Source: an uncultured Eubacteriales bacterium
GTDB lineage: Bacteria; Bacillota; Clostridia; Oscillospirales; CAG-272
Length of the DNA: 64,000 nt
Direction: 5' to 3'
NCBI GenBank assembly: GCA_934503195.1
Contig: CAKSVM010000006.1
Location: forward strand, 1,927 to 65,926
The translations under genes and the position numbers were made by a program. The first letter of the stretch is position 1. Each line of letters starts with the position of its first letter. The notes below the pieces were generated by a model, which saw nothing but the letters and a program-made list of their open reading frames with translations, did no database searches and was not told where the DNA came from. Below are positions 63,837 through 64,000 of this stretch, piece after piece.

Positions 63837-64000
63837 CCCCGGACCGACCGGAAATGTAAATTTATGACCATGTTTTATGCGAAAGTAACAATTTCCAACC
63901 GGATATCGGCCGAATATGAATGAAATCGAAGAAAATTATAAATTTTTCAAAATTCACTGGATATTTCCGATAAAATATGGTATAATGTATTGTGCAGCCG

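Overview
High-GC (roughly 58-60 % by eye) chromosomal window. Gene content and protein style suggest an anaerobic Firmicutes/Clostridia-type bacterium. I support about 55 protein-coding genes and one frameshifted pseudogene, with many near-consensus sigma-A promoters (TTGACA-N17-TATAAT) and hairpin terminators. I found no rRNA, tRNA, CRISPR array, transposase or integrase. Order of blocks:
- (1) 3' end of a bile-salt-hydrolase-family gene, an AT-rich single-gene islet (564-1703), a lipoprotein and an AlkZ/YcaQ-type glycosylase.
- (2) Housekeeping genes: asnS, glnA plus an ANTAR regulator, purF.
- (3) GNAT, XRE-TPR regulator, azlCD.
- (4) A 16-gene glycyl-radical-enzyme bacterial microcompartment (BMC) operon, 12252-25113, minus strand.
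- (5) A heterodimeric ABC exporter, a PrsA-like PPIase and a decayed GNAT gene.
- (6) A 7-gene exopolysaccharide ancillary operon (CapD, CpsB, Ig-like protein, two BY-kinase fusions, S24/S26 peptidase, LCP).
- (7) A lactate-utilisation operon (EtfB/EtfA-Fd/FAD-LDH/LarA).
- (8) A two-component system plus a P-type ATPase.
- (9) Two paralogous large lipoproteins, pepF, a beta-helix protein, an alpha/beta hydrolase and a low-GC lipoprotein.
- (10) pth-mfd and an SGNH hydrolase.
The strongest candidate for something new is the BMC operon. It has the shell, GRE/activase and aldolase of a fucose/rhamnose-type GRM. It lacks the acylating aldehyde dehydrogenase and phosphotransacylase core. In their place it carries peptide-tagged Zn-ADH and DUF336 proteins, a shell protein with a 111-aa disordered N-terminal extension, and structured intra-operon RNA elements. 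The second candidate is the AT-rich orphan gene bracketed by two copies of the same terminator hairpin. All functional calls come from reading the translated ORFs and recognising motifs. No database search was run.
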